64,000 nt of DNA, taken from the NCBI RefSeq assembly GCF_006345805.1, contig NC_043022.1, forward strand, positions 5,084,001-5,148,000. Reading direction: 5' to 3'. The notes under the pieces were generated by a model that saw only the letters and a program-made list of their open reading frames with translations, was not told where the DNA came from and did not search any database. The translations under genes were made by a program, and so were the position numbers. Numbering within the stretch: position 1 is the first letter of the stretch; each line of letters begins with the position of its first letter. Shown here piece after piece: positions 63,621 to 64,000 of this stretch. Source of the DNA: Octopus sinensis. Taxonomy: Eukaryota.

Positions 63621-64000
63621 CATCATCATCATCATCATCGTTTAACGTCCGTTCTCCATGCTAGCATGGGTTGGACGGTTCGACCGGGGATCTGGGAAGC
63701 CAGAAGGCTGCACCAGGCTCCGGTCTTATCTGGCAATGTTTCTACAGCTGGGTGCCCTTCCTAACGCCAACCACTTCGTGAGTGTAGTGGGTGCTTTTTA
63801 CGTGCCACCTGCACTGGTGCCAGGCGAGGCTGGCATCGGCCACGGTCGGATTGGTGCATTTTACGTGCCACCTGCACGGAAGCCAGTCGAGGCGGTGCTG
63901 GCATCGGCCACGGTCGGATTGGTGCATTTTACGTGCCACCTGCACGGAAGCCAGTCGAGGCGGCACTGGCTTCGGCCACGAGTCGGATGGTGCATTTTAC
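63621..64000 (-). mobile_element. Retroposon family C with 68-bp tandem units (runs off the window)
   Basis: GGCATCGGCCACG at 63832 and 63900, variant at 63968. Confidence 0.85.

Overview
Eukaryotic, AT-rich, extremely repeat-dense non-coding DNA. The SINE repertoire and microsatellite load suggest an octopus (cephalopod) genome; this is pattern recognition, not a database result. I find no host protein-coding gene, true tRNA, rRNA or CRISPR array. Nearly all listed ORFs are translations of microsatellites or SINEs. The window contains: several tRNA-derived SINE families (labelled A/B, D, E, H here); a headless tandem-unit retroposon (C) with an RTE-type (GAT)n tail; CR1 and RTE LINE remnants; mariner transposase relics and MITEs; two head-to-head non-autonomous Helitrons; minisatellites; and local direct and inverted duplications. 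The main hidden signal is a set of type I hammerhead ribozyme motifs: CTGANGA core, GAAA, palindromic or near-palindromic stem III, GUA cleavage triplet and a pairing stem I. They belong to at least five unrelated sequence families, mostly sit in outward-pointing inverted repeats typical of Penelope-like elements, and several have unusual insertions or long stem II. All structures were read by eye; catalytic activity is untested.
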